Positions 9,964 to 18,951 of a stretch of 64,000 nucleotides of DNA are shown in pieces. The DNA comes from Candidatus Fermentibacteraceae bacterium (GTDB lineage: Bacteria > Fermentibacterota > Fermentibacteria > Fermentibacterales > JCC-6), in the NCBI GenBank assembly GCA_041750285.1, contig JBGSZS010000018.1, positions 32,001 through 96,000 on the forward strand, written 5' to 3'. The notes beneath the pieces are model-generated. The model had not been told where the DNA came from, did not search any database, and saw nothing but the letters and a program-made list of their open reading frames with translations. A program made the translations under genes and the position numbers. Each line of letters starts with the position of its first letter. The stretch's first letter is position 1.

Positions 9964-10784
9964 AGGTCCTCCAGAACTCTGACATCATTCGAAAGAGCCT
10001 TCTCGAGCTCATCGTATTCCGTCAGAAGCCGTTCCGCCAGACGGGTCAGTCTGCTCCCACCGTTCCGGCTGCCACCGCGTGTCCGGGATACGAGCCGGGC
10101 CCCCATGTTGGCCTCGGCCCTTTCCAGAAGGGTCCATGCCCTGCGGTACGAAATGCCGGACAGCTTCGAACCGGAACTTATGCTTCCGGTTTGACCGATG
10201 AACCTCAGCAGCCGGGCGATCCCGTACCCCAGCACCGTGCCCCGGGAAGTACCGAGCCAGCACTTGAAGGCTGGTTTCAGCATTCGGAACCCCGAAAGAC
10301 CCGCGCAGTGAAGGATCATTGAGCACAACTCCCCGTCGGGCGGACACGCAATGGGCGCGGGCACCACGAATGTGGCGCAGGCTGCCAGCTCGGGGTTCTT
10401 CCCTGCGCCCTGCTCAACTTCAAGGTAGACGATACTGTCGGGTCCCACAAACTCCGCTGCGCTGTTGGTCTCCCATACCACCATGTCATTGGAGGATTCC
10501 AGCGGAGGATCGGGCCTGAATTCACAGAGCTGGTCCAGTGTCCAGTACTCGACCAGATAACAGCGCGAGGCTCCGGCAGCTGCACACCTTGCCGTGTCGG
10601 TGCCTTCGGACCCCTCACCCTCGGTAACGGAGAAAACCGTTTTCCCCCTGTGCCTGAGCTTCACATAGGAGCAAACAAGGCCAGCCCCGGCAGCAAGGCC
10701 CAGAAGCGACTGGGCGAGAAGCGTTTTACCGGCCTTTCGGGCGGAGGCGGCTATAACGATATGCCGTGTTTTCATTTCGCTCAT
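9960..10784 (-). CDS. MobB-like P-loop domain fused to ModE-type winged helix
   Basis: N-terminal RKAGKT; C-terminal GSISSG..ISYRRAW..GGSRNGGSRLT; first gene of the Moco operon. Confidence 0.7.
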   Translation of the reverse strand: MSEMKTRHIVIAASARKAGKTLLAQSLLGLAAGAGLVCSYVKLRHRGKTVFSVTEGEGSEGTDTARCAAAGASRCYLVEYWTLDQLCEFRPDPPLESSNDMVVWETNSAAEFVGPDSIVYLEVEQGAGKNPELAACATFVVPAPIACPPDGELCSMILHCAGLSGFRMLKPAFKCWLGTSRGTVLGYGIARLLRFIGQTGSISSGSKLSGISYRRAWTLLERAEANMGARLVSRTRGGSRNGGSRLTRLAERLLTEYDELEKALSNDVRVLEDL

Positions 10785-10876
10785 GGCGCGAAATCTAACT
10801 CATGAACCGGCTCCAATCCACCCGGACCGGGGGTCGTCTTATATTCACGGCTCAAGCTCATCCTGAAAGGCAGTTC

Positions 10877-13762
10877 ATGCAGCGTGAAAATGTGGACAGA
10901 CTCGAGGGCGGCTTTCAGCTCATCGAGCAGCGTCAGATGCCGGGAATAAGATGCCATGCGCTGAGGGCGCGCCATGATCCGTCGGGCGCCGAGCTTGTTC
11001 TCCTTAGAAGTCCCGGTGACAGGGAAAAGCTGTTCGCGGCCATATTCAGGACCCCGCCAACCGACAGCACCGGTGTGCCGCACATCCTTGAACACTGCGT
11101 TCTCTGCGGGTCGAAGCGGTTTCCACTGAAGGACCCCTTCATGGAACTCGTCAAGACCAGCATGGCCACCTACATAAACGCCATCACCTACGACGACAGA
11201 ACCCTTTACCCCTGTGCCAGCCTCATCGGAAGGGACTTCTTCAACCTGATGGACGTTTACATGGACGCGGTGTTCCACCCCCTGCTGACCAGACAGTCCT
11301 TCATGCAGGAAGGCCACAGGCTTGACCTGCTGCCCAGCGGTCTGACCTCACGGATGGGGGTCGTTTACAGCGAGATGCGGGGGGCCTATGCAGACCCTGA
11401 CGATTATCTCGAAAGAAAACTTCGAACCCTGATGTTTCCCGACACCACGTACGGACATTGTTCGGGTGGAGAGCCCGACCAGATCCCTCTCCTGACATAC
11501 GAGGCCTTCCTGGAGTTCCACAGGAGGCACTATCACCCATCGAATGCCTGCCTTTTTGTAATGGCCGACATCCCTCCCGGGGAGATAACCGGCTTCCTCG
11601 GCGAGAGGCTGGGGGGGTTCACGAAAAGCAACGCAGTTTTCCCCATAACAACCGAGCCGGTGTTCGATGGGCCATTGTCGGGCGAGTACCCGATCCCGGG
11701 ATCACGAAAAACGGGGAGCACCGTTCTGAGAGCATGGCTTCTTGACAATTGCAGCGACCCGGTTGAAACCCTTGCCATCTCACTGCTGGATGACATACTG
11801 CTCGACAGCGACGCCGCCCCCCTCAGGGAGGCGCTGGTGGAAAGCGGCCTCGGCACTGGACTGGGTCCTTCAGGCTATGACTGCGACATCACACGGCCCA
11901 CATTCACCGCAGGCCTGCGGGGAGTGAAAAAGGGGAACTTCGAAGCCGTGTTCGACCTTGTCGGTAAAACCCTCGAAAAGTGCGCCTCGGGCCTCGACCC
12001 CGACGACACGATGAACCTCCTTCACCGCAAGGAGTTGTTCCTGAGGCGGATAGGACAGCGCTGGAGCCACGGCATCATGGGTGCCGCGGCAAAGGCCTGG
12101 ACCCATGGCAGGAACCCGCTGGACGAGCTCGAGGAGGAGAAGCAGCTCGACGAACTCCGGAAAAGGCTCTCGAAAACCCCCGGACATCTCGAAGATCTCA
12201 TAAAGCGTTACTTCCTCGACAACTCCAGGCGGATCGATGCCGTTTTCACCCCGGATCCCGGGCACTTCGGCAGACTTGGCAGAAGCAGGTCGAAAGCCGC
12301 GAGACTTGAGGGAAAGAACCTGGACACTTCTGAGCGCGCCGCCCTTAAGCGGCTGTCTGATCAGCTCAGGGTCCATCAGGAGTCTCAGGATCCGCCCGAA
12401 GTCCTTGCGAACCTGCCATCTCTGCGTCTCTCCGACATACCCGCCGAACCCGCGGTTCTGAACTGGCACCATGAAGAAAAGGCTTCCGGAGTACATCTCC
12501 TCACCGTTCCATCCTTCACGAACGGGGTCTGCCACATCAATCTCTCCCTCGGGATTGCCCACCTGCCCGAGCGGGACCTTCCCCTTGCGCAGCTTGCCGC
12601 GGAAACGGTCTGCAGTGTCGGAGCTGGCCAGCTCTCATATCAGGAGGTTTCGAGGGAGGAGATGGCCTGTTCGGGAGGCATTTCGGCAGGCGTGGGCTCG
12701 TACGAGCCCCTGAGCGGGCCGGGAACCACTCATCCGGTCATCTCGTTCAACGCTTCCTGCCTCGCATCCGACCTCCCCCGCTTCCTGGGCGTGCTTGAGA
12801 AACGGCTTCATTCTCCCGCGCTCAGCGACACTGCAAGGGTGATGGACGTGGGGCGCGAGGTAAAAAGCGGCATCCACGCCCGGTTTCTCGAAAGCGCCGG
12901 AAGCTTTGCCGGCCTTGAATCCATGGCTGCGCTAAGGGAAGGGATGGAGGTGGTCAGGAGGTTGAAGGGGATGGTCATGGCAAGGGAGACATGCAGGTTG
13001 GTCTCCGGCAGGCCCATAACCCTTTCCCGAAGGATTGAGGGTATCTGGAACCGGATCATCGAAAGCGCTCCTGTAGTCCTTGCCTGGGCGGGTCCTGAAG
13101 AGTCGGCGCCCGTGTTCGAAGACTTCCTTGGGAGGCTTGGCGGAGGCAACAGAATACCTCTGAAGGCCACAGGCTTGTCCAGAACGTCGTACACCCCATT
13201 CACCGGGATAGTCACCGACTCGGAGGTGGCATGCACAGCGGCAGCCTTCCCCGGCAGGGAACCGGATGACCCCGAGTTCGAATCCATGTTCGTGCTGATG
13301 ACACTTCTTGGCAACGGACCGCTATGGAACCAGATCAGGGGAAGGCTGGGCGCCTACGGTGTTTCAGCCTGGGCGGCCCCCGGACTGCTGCTGTTCAACA
13401 CCTATCGCGATCCGGCACCTCCGGAAAGCCTTGCCGTCATGCGCCGGACCTTCCTCGACCCCATGTCGTTCGTTGACTCGGGAGAAAAGGCCTTGAGGGG
13501 AGCTGTCTTCAGCACCCTGCAGAGGCTTGACCCCCTGGTGAGACCCGCCCGTGCACCTTTGACAGCAACCGCAATGTTCCTGACGGAAATGGACAGGAAC
13601 CACCAGAAGAAAGTCTGGCAAAGGCTGCTCGGTGTTGACGCCCACTCCCTTTCGCGCGCCGCAGGAATAATATCCATGGAGTCGGAAAAGGCTGTTGTCT
13701 GTGTGGCTGCAGACCGCAATACACTGACCGTAATGGACGTGTCAGAGTTCATGAAGCTCTGA
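10877..13762 (+). CDS. M16C insulinase family metallopeptidase (PreP-like)
   Basis: HILEH zinc motif, KDPF, GVVYSEM, YHPSN, GAYG; likely start ATG 10877. Confidence 0.92.
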   Translation: MQRENVDRLEGGFQLIEQRQMPGIRCHALRARHDPSGAELVLLRSPGDREKLFAAIFRTPPTDSTGVPHILEHCVLCGSKRFPLKDPFMELVKTSMATYINAITYDDRTLYPCASLIGRDFFNLMDVYMDAVFHPLLTRQSFMQEGHRLDLLPSGLTSRMGVVYSEMRGAYADPDDYLERKLRTLMFPDTTYGHCSGGEPDQIPLLTYEAFLEFHRRHYHPSNACLFVMADIPPGEITGFLGERLGGFTKSNAVFPITTEPVFDGPLSGEYPIPGSRKTGSTVLRAWLLDNCSDPVETLAISLLDDILLDSDAAPLREALVESGLGTGLGPSGYDCDITRPTFTAGLRGVKKGNFEAVFDLVGKTLEKCASGLDPDDTMNLLHRKELFLRRIGQRWSHGIMGAAAKAWTHGRNPLDELEEEKQLDELRKRLSKTPGHLEDLIKRYFLDNSRRIDAVFTPDPGHFGRLGRSRSKAARLEGKNLDTSERAALKRLSDQLRVHQESQDPPEVLANLPSLRLSDIPAEPAVLNWHHEEKASGVHLLTVPSFTNGVCHINLSLGIAHLPERDLPLAQLAAETVCSVGAGQLSYQEVSREEMACSGGISAGVGSYEPLSGPGTTHPVISFNASCLASDLPRFLGVLEKRLHSPALSDTARVMDVGREVKSGIHARFLESAGSFAGLESMAALREGMEVVRRLKGMVMARETCRLVSGRPITLSRRIEGIWNRIIESAPVVLAWAGPEESAPVFEDFLGRLGGGNRIPLKATGLSRTSYTPFTGIVTDSEVACTAAAFPGREPDDPEFESMFVLMTLLGNGPLWNQIRGRLGAYGVSAWAAPGLLLFNTYRDPAPPESLAVMRRTFLDPMSFVDSGEKALRGAVFSTLQRLDPLVRPARAPLTATAMFLTEMDRNHQKKVWQRLLGVDAHSLSRAAGIISMESEKAVVCVAADRNTLTVMDVSEFMKL

Positions 13763-13776
13763 GAAAGGACTGAAAG

Positions 13777-14037
13777 ATGGACATAGTATCGCTTGTCATC
13801 GGTGTTATAGCGGCGATTCTGGGTTTCATACCCTGCTGCAGCTGGCTGGCCCTTGCTCCGGCCATACTCGGGCTTGTCCTCGGCCTTGTCAGCTACAACA
13901 GGAAGCGTGAAGCGGACGCCCCGACAGGCGTCGCCCTGGCGGGAATGATCCTGAACGGCATCGCGATCCTGCTTATAGCCGGTTACACACTGGTTTTCGC
14001 CGCCGGTGACCTGACCTCGGGACTGATGAAGTTCTGA
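13777..14037 (+). CDS. small membrane protein (DUF4190-like)
   Basis: Hydrophobic segments, GVALAGMIL motif, GAAAGGA RBS. Confidence 0.7.
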   Translation: MDIVSLVIGVIAAILGFIPCCSWLALAPAILGLVLGLVSYNRKREADAPTGVALAGMILNGIAILLIAGYTLVFAAGDLTSGLMKF

Positions 14038-14075
14038 AGACCTACTTCATCATCAACTGCACTCTCGCGGGGCTC

Positions 14076-14402
14076 ATGGCCTATTGCCTCGTCATACCTC
14101 TCGTGGAACCCTTCATAACAGGGTTGTGGCCGGAACTGACAGTATGCAGGCATGTCGCTTCCACCGGCGAACCGTGCGCCTTCTGCGGTCTGACCCGTGA
14201 CGCCCGGAGCCTCCTTTACGGGGGCAGGATTCCCGACGCCCCCCACAACCCCATGGCTGCTCTGTTGTTCACCCTTTTCGCCTTCGAGGCCCTGTTCCGG
14301 ACATGCGCGATCCTGCTTGCACGCCGGACCCGCCTGCGCCCCTGGCTTCTGGCCGACGCCGGAGTTCACGCGGGGATGGCTGCCCTGCTTCTCCTTCGCT
14401 GA
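14076..14402 (+). CDS. DUF2752-like membrane protein
   Basis: C....TGEPCAFCGLTR and HNP motifs plus TM helices. Confidence 0.7.
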   Translation: MAYCLVIPLVEPFITGLWPELTVCRHVASTGEPCAFCGLTRDARSLLYGGRIPDAPHNPMAALLFTLFAFEALFRTCAILLARRTRLRPWLLADAGVHAGMAALLLLR

Positions 14403-16074
14403 CACCAAGAACGGCGTTTTTCTGGGCGGCCTTCTCGGAAGGTCTTTTCCTGACAAGCACCGGCTCCCCTGTCTCGAAATCGAGGCCGGTATGGTAAACT
14501 GCAGCGGCAACGGTCATGGGAGTGGGCAGAAACACCTGAACCTGCCTTGGCAGGGCGCCCATGGCCTGAAGCCTTTCCCGGCAGCTCTTCATGTGGTTCA
14601 TGGTGCATCCCGGAAAGGCCGCTATGATGTAGGGCAGTATGTACTGCCTTCTCCCGGCCTTTCTCGAAACCCTTTTGAACTCGGTGCAGAAGTCAAGCCA
14701 AGTCTGCAGTGAGGGTTTACGCATCAGCCTGAGTACCGGGTCTTCGGTATGCTCGGGGGCGATCTTGAGATGACCCGGCACGTGATTCCGGACCAGGGCT
14801 TCTATGAAACGGGGATCCCGCAGGGCAAGGTCGTGCCTTATACCGCTCGAGACCATCACCCTGTCCACCCCAGGAACTGCTGCGGCATCCTTGAGAAGAG
14901 CGATGAAAGGGGAATGATCGGTACCGAACCAGCGGCAGATCCCGGGATAGAGGCAGGACGGCCTTCTGCAGGCCTTCATGGCCCTGTCGTTCGTGCAGCC
15001 AAGGCCGTAGACGTTGGCCGTGGGTCCGCCGATGTCGCTGATGATCACCCCCCCGGGATCGAGCGTGGTGAGCCTTTCGACCTCCCCCAGAACCGACTCT
15101 CTGCTCCGGGAAGTGATGAAACGCCCCTGATGAACGCCCAGGGCGCAGAAAGTGCAGCCGCCCGGGCATCCCCGAACCGCGGTCACGGAATTGCGGATCA
15201 TGCTGAAAGCCGGGATCTCAGAAGTGTACGACGGATGGGGTCTGCCGGTGAAGGGCAGGGCGTAGACCCGGTCCATCTCCCCGGTGGTCAGCGGAAACGC
15301 AGGCGGCTCGACCACCAGCGTCCTCGTATCGGCCTTCTGAATGAGCCTTCCGGCATTCCATGGGTTCTGGTTCTCCTCGATGAGCCTTGTCATCAGCATG
15401 AAAGCCAGGGGGGAAGATGCGGCTTCCTCATGGGACGGAAGCTCCACGTCGCCGGGCATGGGATCCACCTTTGACCCGAACCAGCATGTTCCGCGGACAC
15501 CGTGGAGGGACCGGCCCGAGTCGAGCCTGCGGGCAACTTCAAGGACGGTGTTTTCCGCCATCCCGTAGACCAGAAGGCTGGCCTTCGTGTCGAGGAGGAT
15601 GCTTTTCCGGACACTGTCGGTCCAGAAGTCGTAGTGGCTGACACGCCGGGTGGAGGGCCCCAATCCGCCAAGTATCACGGGAACGCCCTTCATAACCCTC
15701 TGCAGAACGTTCACATACTTTGTTTCGGCGCGGTCCGGTCTTGCCCCCGGCTCTCCCCCCGGGCTGTAGGCATCGTCGGAACGGAGTCGGTTCATGCTCG
15801 TGTAATGGTTCACCATGCTGTCCATGTTGCCGGGAGTCACCCCGACGAACAGCCGTGGAACACCCATTTCGAGAAAGGATGAGGGATCTTCAGGGTTGGG
15901 CTGGGCAAGCACGCAGACCGAATAACCGGCCGCCTCAAGGACCCTGGCTATTATCGCCACGCCGAACGAAGGGTGGTCTACAAAGGCGTCGCCGCTGACA
16001 AGGAGGACATCGGGGCTTCGAAGACCGGTGGCCCTCATTTCCCTGCCGGTGACGGGTATAACGCCTCTGGACAC
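14269..16074 (-). CDS. ygiQ: YgiQ family radical SAM protein
   Basis: GDAFVDHPSFG, GNMDSMVNHYT, RGCPGGCTFC, HLKIAPEH. Confidence 0.92.
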   Translation of the reverse strand: MSRGVIPVTGREMRATGLRSPDVLLVSGDAFVDHPSFGVAIIARVLEAAGYSVCVLAQPNPEDPSSFLEMGVPRLFVGVTPGNMDSMVNHYTSMNRLRSDDAYSPGGEPGARPDRAETKYVNVLQRVMKGVPVILGGLGPSTRRVSHYDFWTDSVRKSILLDTKASLLVYGMAENTVLEVARRLDSGRSLHGVRGTCWFGSKVDPMPGDVELPSHEEAASSPLAFMLMTRLIEENQNPWNAGRLIQKADTRTLVVEPPAFPLTTGEMDRVYALPFTGRPHPSYTSEIPAFSMIRNSVTAVRGCPGGCTFCALGVHQGRFITSRSRESVLGEVERLTTLDPGGVIISDIGGPTANVYGLGCTNDRAMKACRRPSCLYPGICRWFGTDHSPFIALLKDAAAVPGVDRVMVSSGIRHDLALRDPRFIEALVRNHVPGHLKIAPEHTEDPVLRLMRKPSLQTWLDFCTEFKRVSRKAGRRQYILPYIIAAFPGCTMNHMKSCRERLQAMGALPRQVQVFLPTPMTVAAAVYHTGLDFETGEPVLVRKRPSEKAAQKNAVLGVSEGEAGQPSPRELRRRPEARGAGGSGVQAGSRMSGTGPRRRKG

Positions 16075-16140
16075 TTCTCACCCCCTCCTGCGGGAATATA
16101 CCCTTGAAAAACCGGCCGGACGGGCCGTACTTATGGTTGT

Positions 16141-16152
16141 GAACATACGTTC
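16141..16152. promoter_or_regulatory. LexA (Cheo-type) operator GAACATACGTTC
   Basis: Exact GAAC-RNRY-GTTC match 20 nt upstream of the CDS at 16173. Confidence 0.7.
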
Positions 16153-16172
16153 AGTGAAAGGAGCCGTTCGAA

Positions 16173-16634
16173 ATGACCGAAGAGCGCGAATCCGTCTACG
16201 AGGCCAGGGCAAACCTGGGCAAGACCACCTACTTCATCGACGCCAGGCGGGCCGTCAACGGAAGGTACTACCTCTCAATCACCGAAAGCAGGCGCACCGA
16301 GGGCGAATCATTCTCCCAGCGCCGCGTGATGGTTTTCGAGGAAGGGCTGGACGAGTTCAGAAGGCTTCTGGGGGAGGCCGCCGACAGGATCGCCGGGCTG
16401 ATCGCCACCAGAACCGACGACGAGGTCATCGATGTCCGCGCGGTCCATCCCAAGGCTTTCATGAAATGGTCACAGGAAGAGGAAGAGGCCCTCGAACGGG
16501 AATTCAGGAAAAATCCCGACACCGCAGCACTGGCGGGCATAACGGGCCGATCCGAGAAGGGGGTCATCGCGAGGTTGGACAAGATGGGTCTCATCCAGCC
16601 CCGCGACGAAATACGGGTTACGGCAGGTTCTTGA
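16173..16634 (+). CDS. PUR/DUF3276-like nucleic-acid-binding protein with C-terminal helical domain
   Basis: KTTYFID, YYLSITES, RVMVFEE pattern; C-terminal KWSQEEE...GRS..GVIARL; AAGGAG RBS. Confidence 0.72.
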   Translation: MTEERESVYEARANLGKTTYFIDARRAVNGRYYLSITESRRTEGESFSQRRVMVFEEGLDEFRRLLGEAADRIAGLIATRTDDEVIDVRAVHPKAFMKWSQEEEEALEREFRKNPDTAALAGITGRSEKGVIARLDKMGLIQPRDEIRVTAGS

Positions 16635-17175
16635 TCTGGCCCCAACTGGTGGCTTCGAGGGAGAACGCGTTTTCACCGTGGGCTCTGATGATGTAGTCGC
16701 CAACGGTCCAGGGCGTCCAGTTGGACAGGTCGTTGGAGAAGAAGCTGCGACCCGAGCCTGCAGCTGCGTCGCCCATGAGCGAAGGTGAACCGTTGGTGCT
16801 GAGCTGGCTGCTGGCAACGCACCAGAATTCCTGGGGCACGGGCACTCCGCCGCCCAGGTTCAGGTATACCGGCGCGTAGTGTAACGCAGTGATCTGTTCA
16901 ACCACATACATTGCCTCAGGCCCGCCAATGCCGCCGCTGAACACTTCGGCCCAGAAATCAGCGGTTTCCCACGCGGGGGAACCCGAGTCGTAGAACCAGT
17001 ACTCGACCTACTGAAGGAGGAAGCCCGTGGCATCAGGGGTGAAATCCTGCACGTCGAAGGCCACTCCCCTCCAGATTCCTTCGAAGGTTTGCTGGGTGGG
17101 AGTGCCGTCGTCGTACTGGAGAATCTCAGCGCCGGCCAGGGATGCAACCATGAGAACCAATAAAAGCTTGTTCAC
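16618..17175 (-). pseudogene. secreted protein gene interrupted by one in-frame TAG (pseudogene or readthrough)
   Basis: GTG start with AAGGAG RBS and signal peptide; TAG at 17008-17010 (codon 56); same frame stays open to 16618. Confidence 0.7.
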
Positions 17176-17200
17176 AGAACTCTCCTTTCTTTGAATGAAG

Positions 17201-17229
17201 ACGCTATTACAATAGTGCTCGTTTGTCAA
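17201..17229 (-). promoter_or_regulatory. sigma70-like promoter TTGACA-N17-TAGCGT
   Basis: Read on the minus strand upstream of the 17175 start. Confidence 0.55.
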
Positions 17230-17246
17230 CCATTCGGTATCCACCT

Positions 17247-17684
17247 TCATTCTTCCCTGCCCTCTCCCTTGATGCCCAGCACCCTGCTCATCACGGTGAT
17301 GTCGTCGCGAACGTGCCACCCCGATTTCTCGTAGAAAGCAACCGCAGGGTTGTCGCTGAATATGAACAGGTGGATCTTCTCCAGTCCCGAATCGGACAGC
17401 GCTCTCTCGGCCGTTCGCATGAGGGTTCCCCCTATGCCCTTCCGCTGGTGATCAGCCCTCACGGCAAGATGGTATACGTACCCGCGTCTGCCGTCGCTGC
17501 CGGCCATGACGCTTCCCACGATCTCATCTTTCTCGCATGCGGTGAAACAGAACGATCCGTTCCTTGCCAGAAAGGCTTCGAACCCCTCCCGCGAGTCGGC
17601 TTCCGTGATGGCGTTACCGGGAAACGAACTCCAGAGACGAATGAGTTCTCCGTGATCATTGCTGCTCATGGCGCGGACCCTCAT
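17247..17684 (-). CDS. GNAT N-acetyltransferase (YpeA-like)
   Basis: DGRRGYVYHLAV, QRKGIG, AVAFYEKSGW. Confidence 0.88.
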   Translation of the reverse strand: MRVRAMSSNDHGELIRLWSSFPGNAITEADSREGFEAFLARNGSFCFTACEKDEIVGSVMAGSDGRRGYVYHLAVRADHQRKGIGGTLMRTAERALSDSGLEKIHLFIFSDNPAVAFYEKSGWHVRDDITVMSRVLGIKGEGREE

Positions 17685-17707
17685 GACCTTGACCGCGCAA
17701 CGGCGGT

Positions 17708-18862
17708 CTACATCACCTCCGGAGTGGAGAGGGCATTTCTGAGCATGGGGAGCAGGCTGGTTCCTGCAACCGTGTCGACGATGAACGATGCAACTCCCAG
17801 TATGATCAAACCCATGATTATGACCTTGCAGGCATCGAGGCTCTTGATGCCCCCGATCTGTCTGGGTTCCCGGCCAAGGTATGCGCTGGCGGCGTAGAGC
17901 TCCTCACCGATCAGCGTGTAGTCGCAGGTGGTGATGAAGAAGGGAAGCTGTGTCACTGCGTCGGTGCCGGCGATCTGGATCGCCCCGGAGAGTGACCCCG
18001 TCTCGGCCAGTATCAGGCTTTCGGCCCAGAACATGCCGAGGTAGAAGTTCGTGGCTGGTCTTTCCCTCATCATTATCCCGTTGACCCCTGCAACGTAGGC
18101 GAACTGGCTGGAGGTGAGGAAGAAAACGCTGTTGGGGTCGAAGGCATCAGGCCTTCCCGCTTCGAGGTAGGCCTGCTTCACCGATTCCTCGGCAACGGTG
18201 TACACGATTGGATCGGTGTTGGGCACTATTATCCTGGTCTGGTAGTCCGCCACTCTCCGGGCCACCCTTCCAAGAATGGTAAGGCTGGCAATTGTTGCCA
18301 CATCATCGATAGTCGAGAGCCCAGGAACATAGAGGATGGGTTTTCCCATCTCGGTGGCCCTGCCGATGGCCTCGTCTATTGCTTCGATCCCCCCGATGGG
18401 CCTGAGGTAGAAATCAGCGCCCCTGACAGCCCTGTGGAAGTAGTAGAAAATCAGGCACAGAAAGAGAAGACAGGCCACCAGGGTGGGAACTTCCCCGGTG
18501 TGGAACCACGCACCCACAGGTATCTCGGCACCGGTGAAAACCGGTCCGCGCAAAGTGTCGCCGGACAGTGTCAGCAGGCCGGGGATGTAATGGTATCTCG
18601 TTCCTGCAAGGAGCGGATAATCGGGATCGTAGCCGTCCACGAGTTCATTGCTCTCGAGGGGAAGGCCCTCGACCATGACGAGCTGCCATGCCTCATGATC
18701 GGCAGGGGTTCGCCAGACCAGCAGCCCGGCGGCATCCTGAACGTCTTCGGGCACGTTCACCCTTATTATGAGCCTGTCGCCTGCATCGTTGGGACGGTCG
18801 GTAACCGAAACCACCTCGGGGAGAGAGAGAAGGAAAACCGCCGGCAGCAACAGGTGCACCAT
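17708..18862 (-). CDS. DUF6754-like membrane protein, paralog of 27318-28622
   Basis: Signal peptide, extracellular domain, TM, then AIGRATEMGKP...YTLIGEELYAASAYL. Confidence 0.8.
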   Translation of the reverse strand: MVHLLLPAVFLLSLPEVVSVTDRPNDAGDRLIIRVNVPEDVQDAAGLLVWRTPADHEAWQLVMVEGLPLESNELVDGYDPDYPLLAGTRYHYIPGLLTLSGDTLRGPVFTGAEIPVGAWFHTGEVPTLVACLLFLCLIFYYFHRAVRGADFYLRPIGGIEAIDEAIGRATEMGKPILYVPGLSTIDDVATIASLTILGRVARRVADYQTRIIVPNTDPIVYTVAEESVKQAYLEAGRPDAFDPNSVFFLTSSQFAYVAGVNGIMMRERPATNFYLGMFWAESLILAETGSLSGAIQIAGTDAVTQLPFFITTCDYTLIGEELYAASAYLGREPRQIGGIKSLDACKVIIMGLIILGVASFIVDTVAGTSLLPMLRNALSTPEVM

Positions 18863-18951
18863 AATCTTTCCCTTTCGAAAGCCGTTTCTCGAGATGTTTG
18901 ACTTGGATGCCAGAATCGTATAATACTGCAATCCCGTTGGAAAGGGGATGA

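Noticed and set aside
10785..10876. Moco/Wco riboswitch or ModE box upstream of the Moco operon
   Set aside because: Short divergent gap with no recognisable motif
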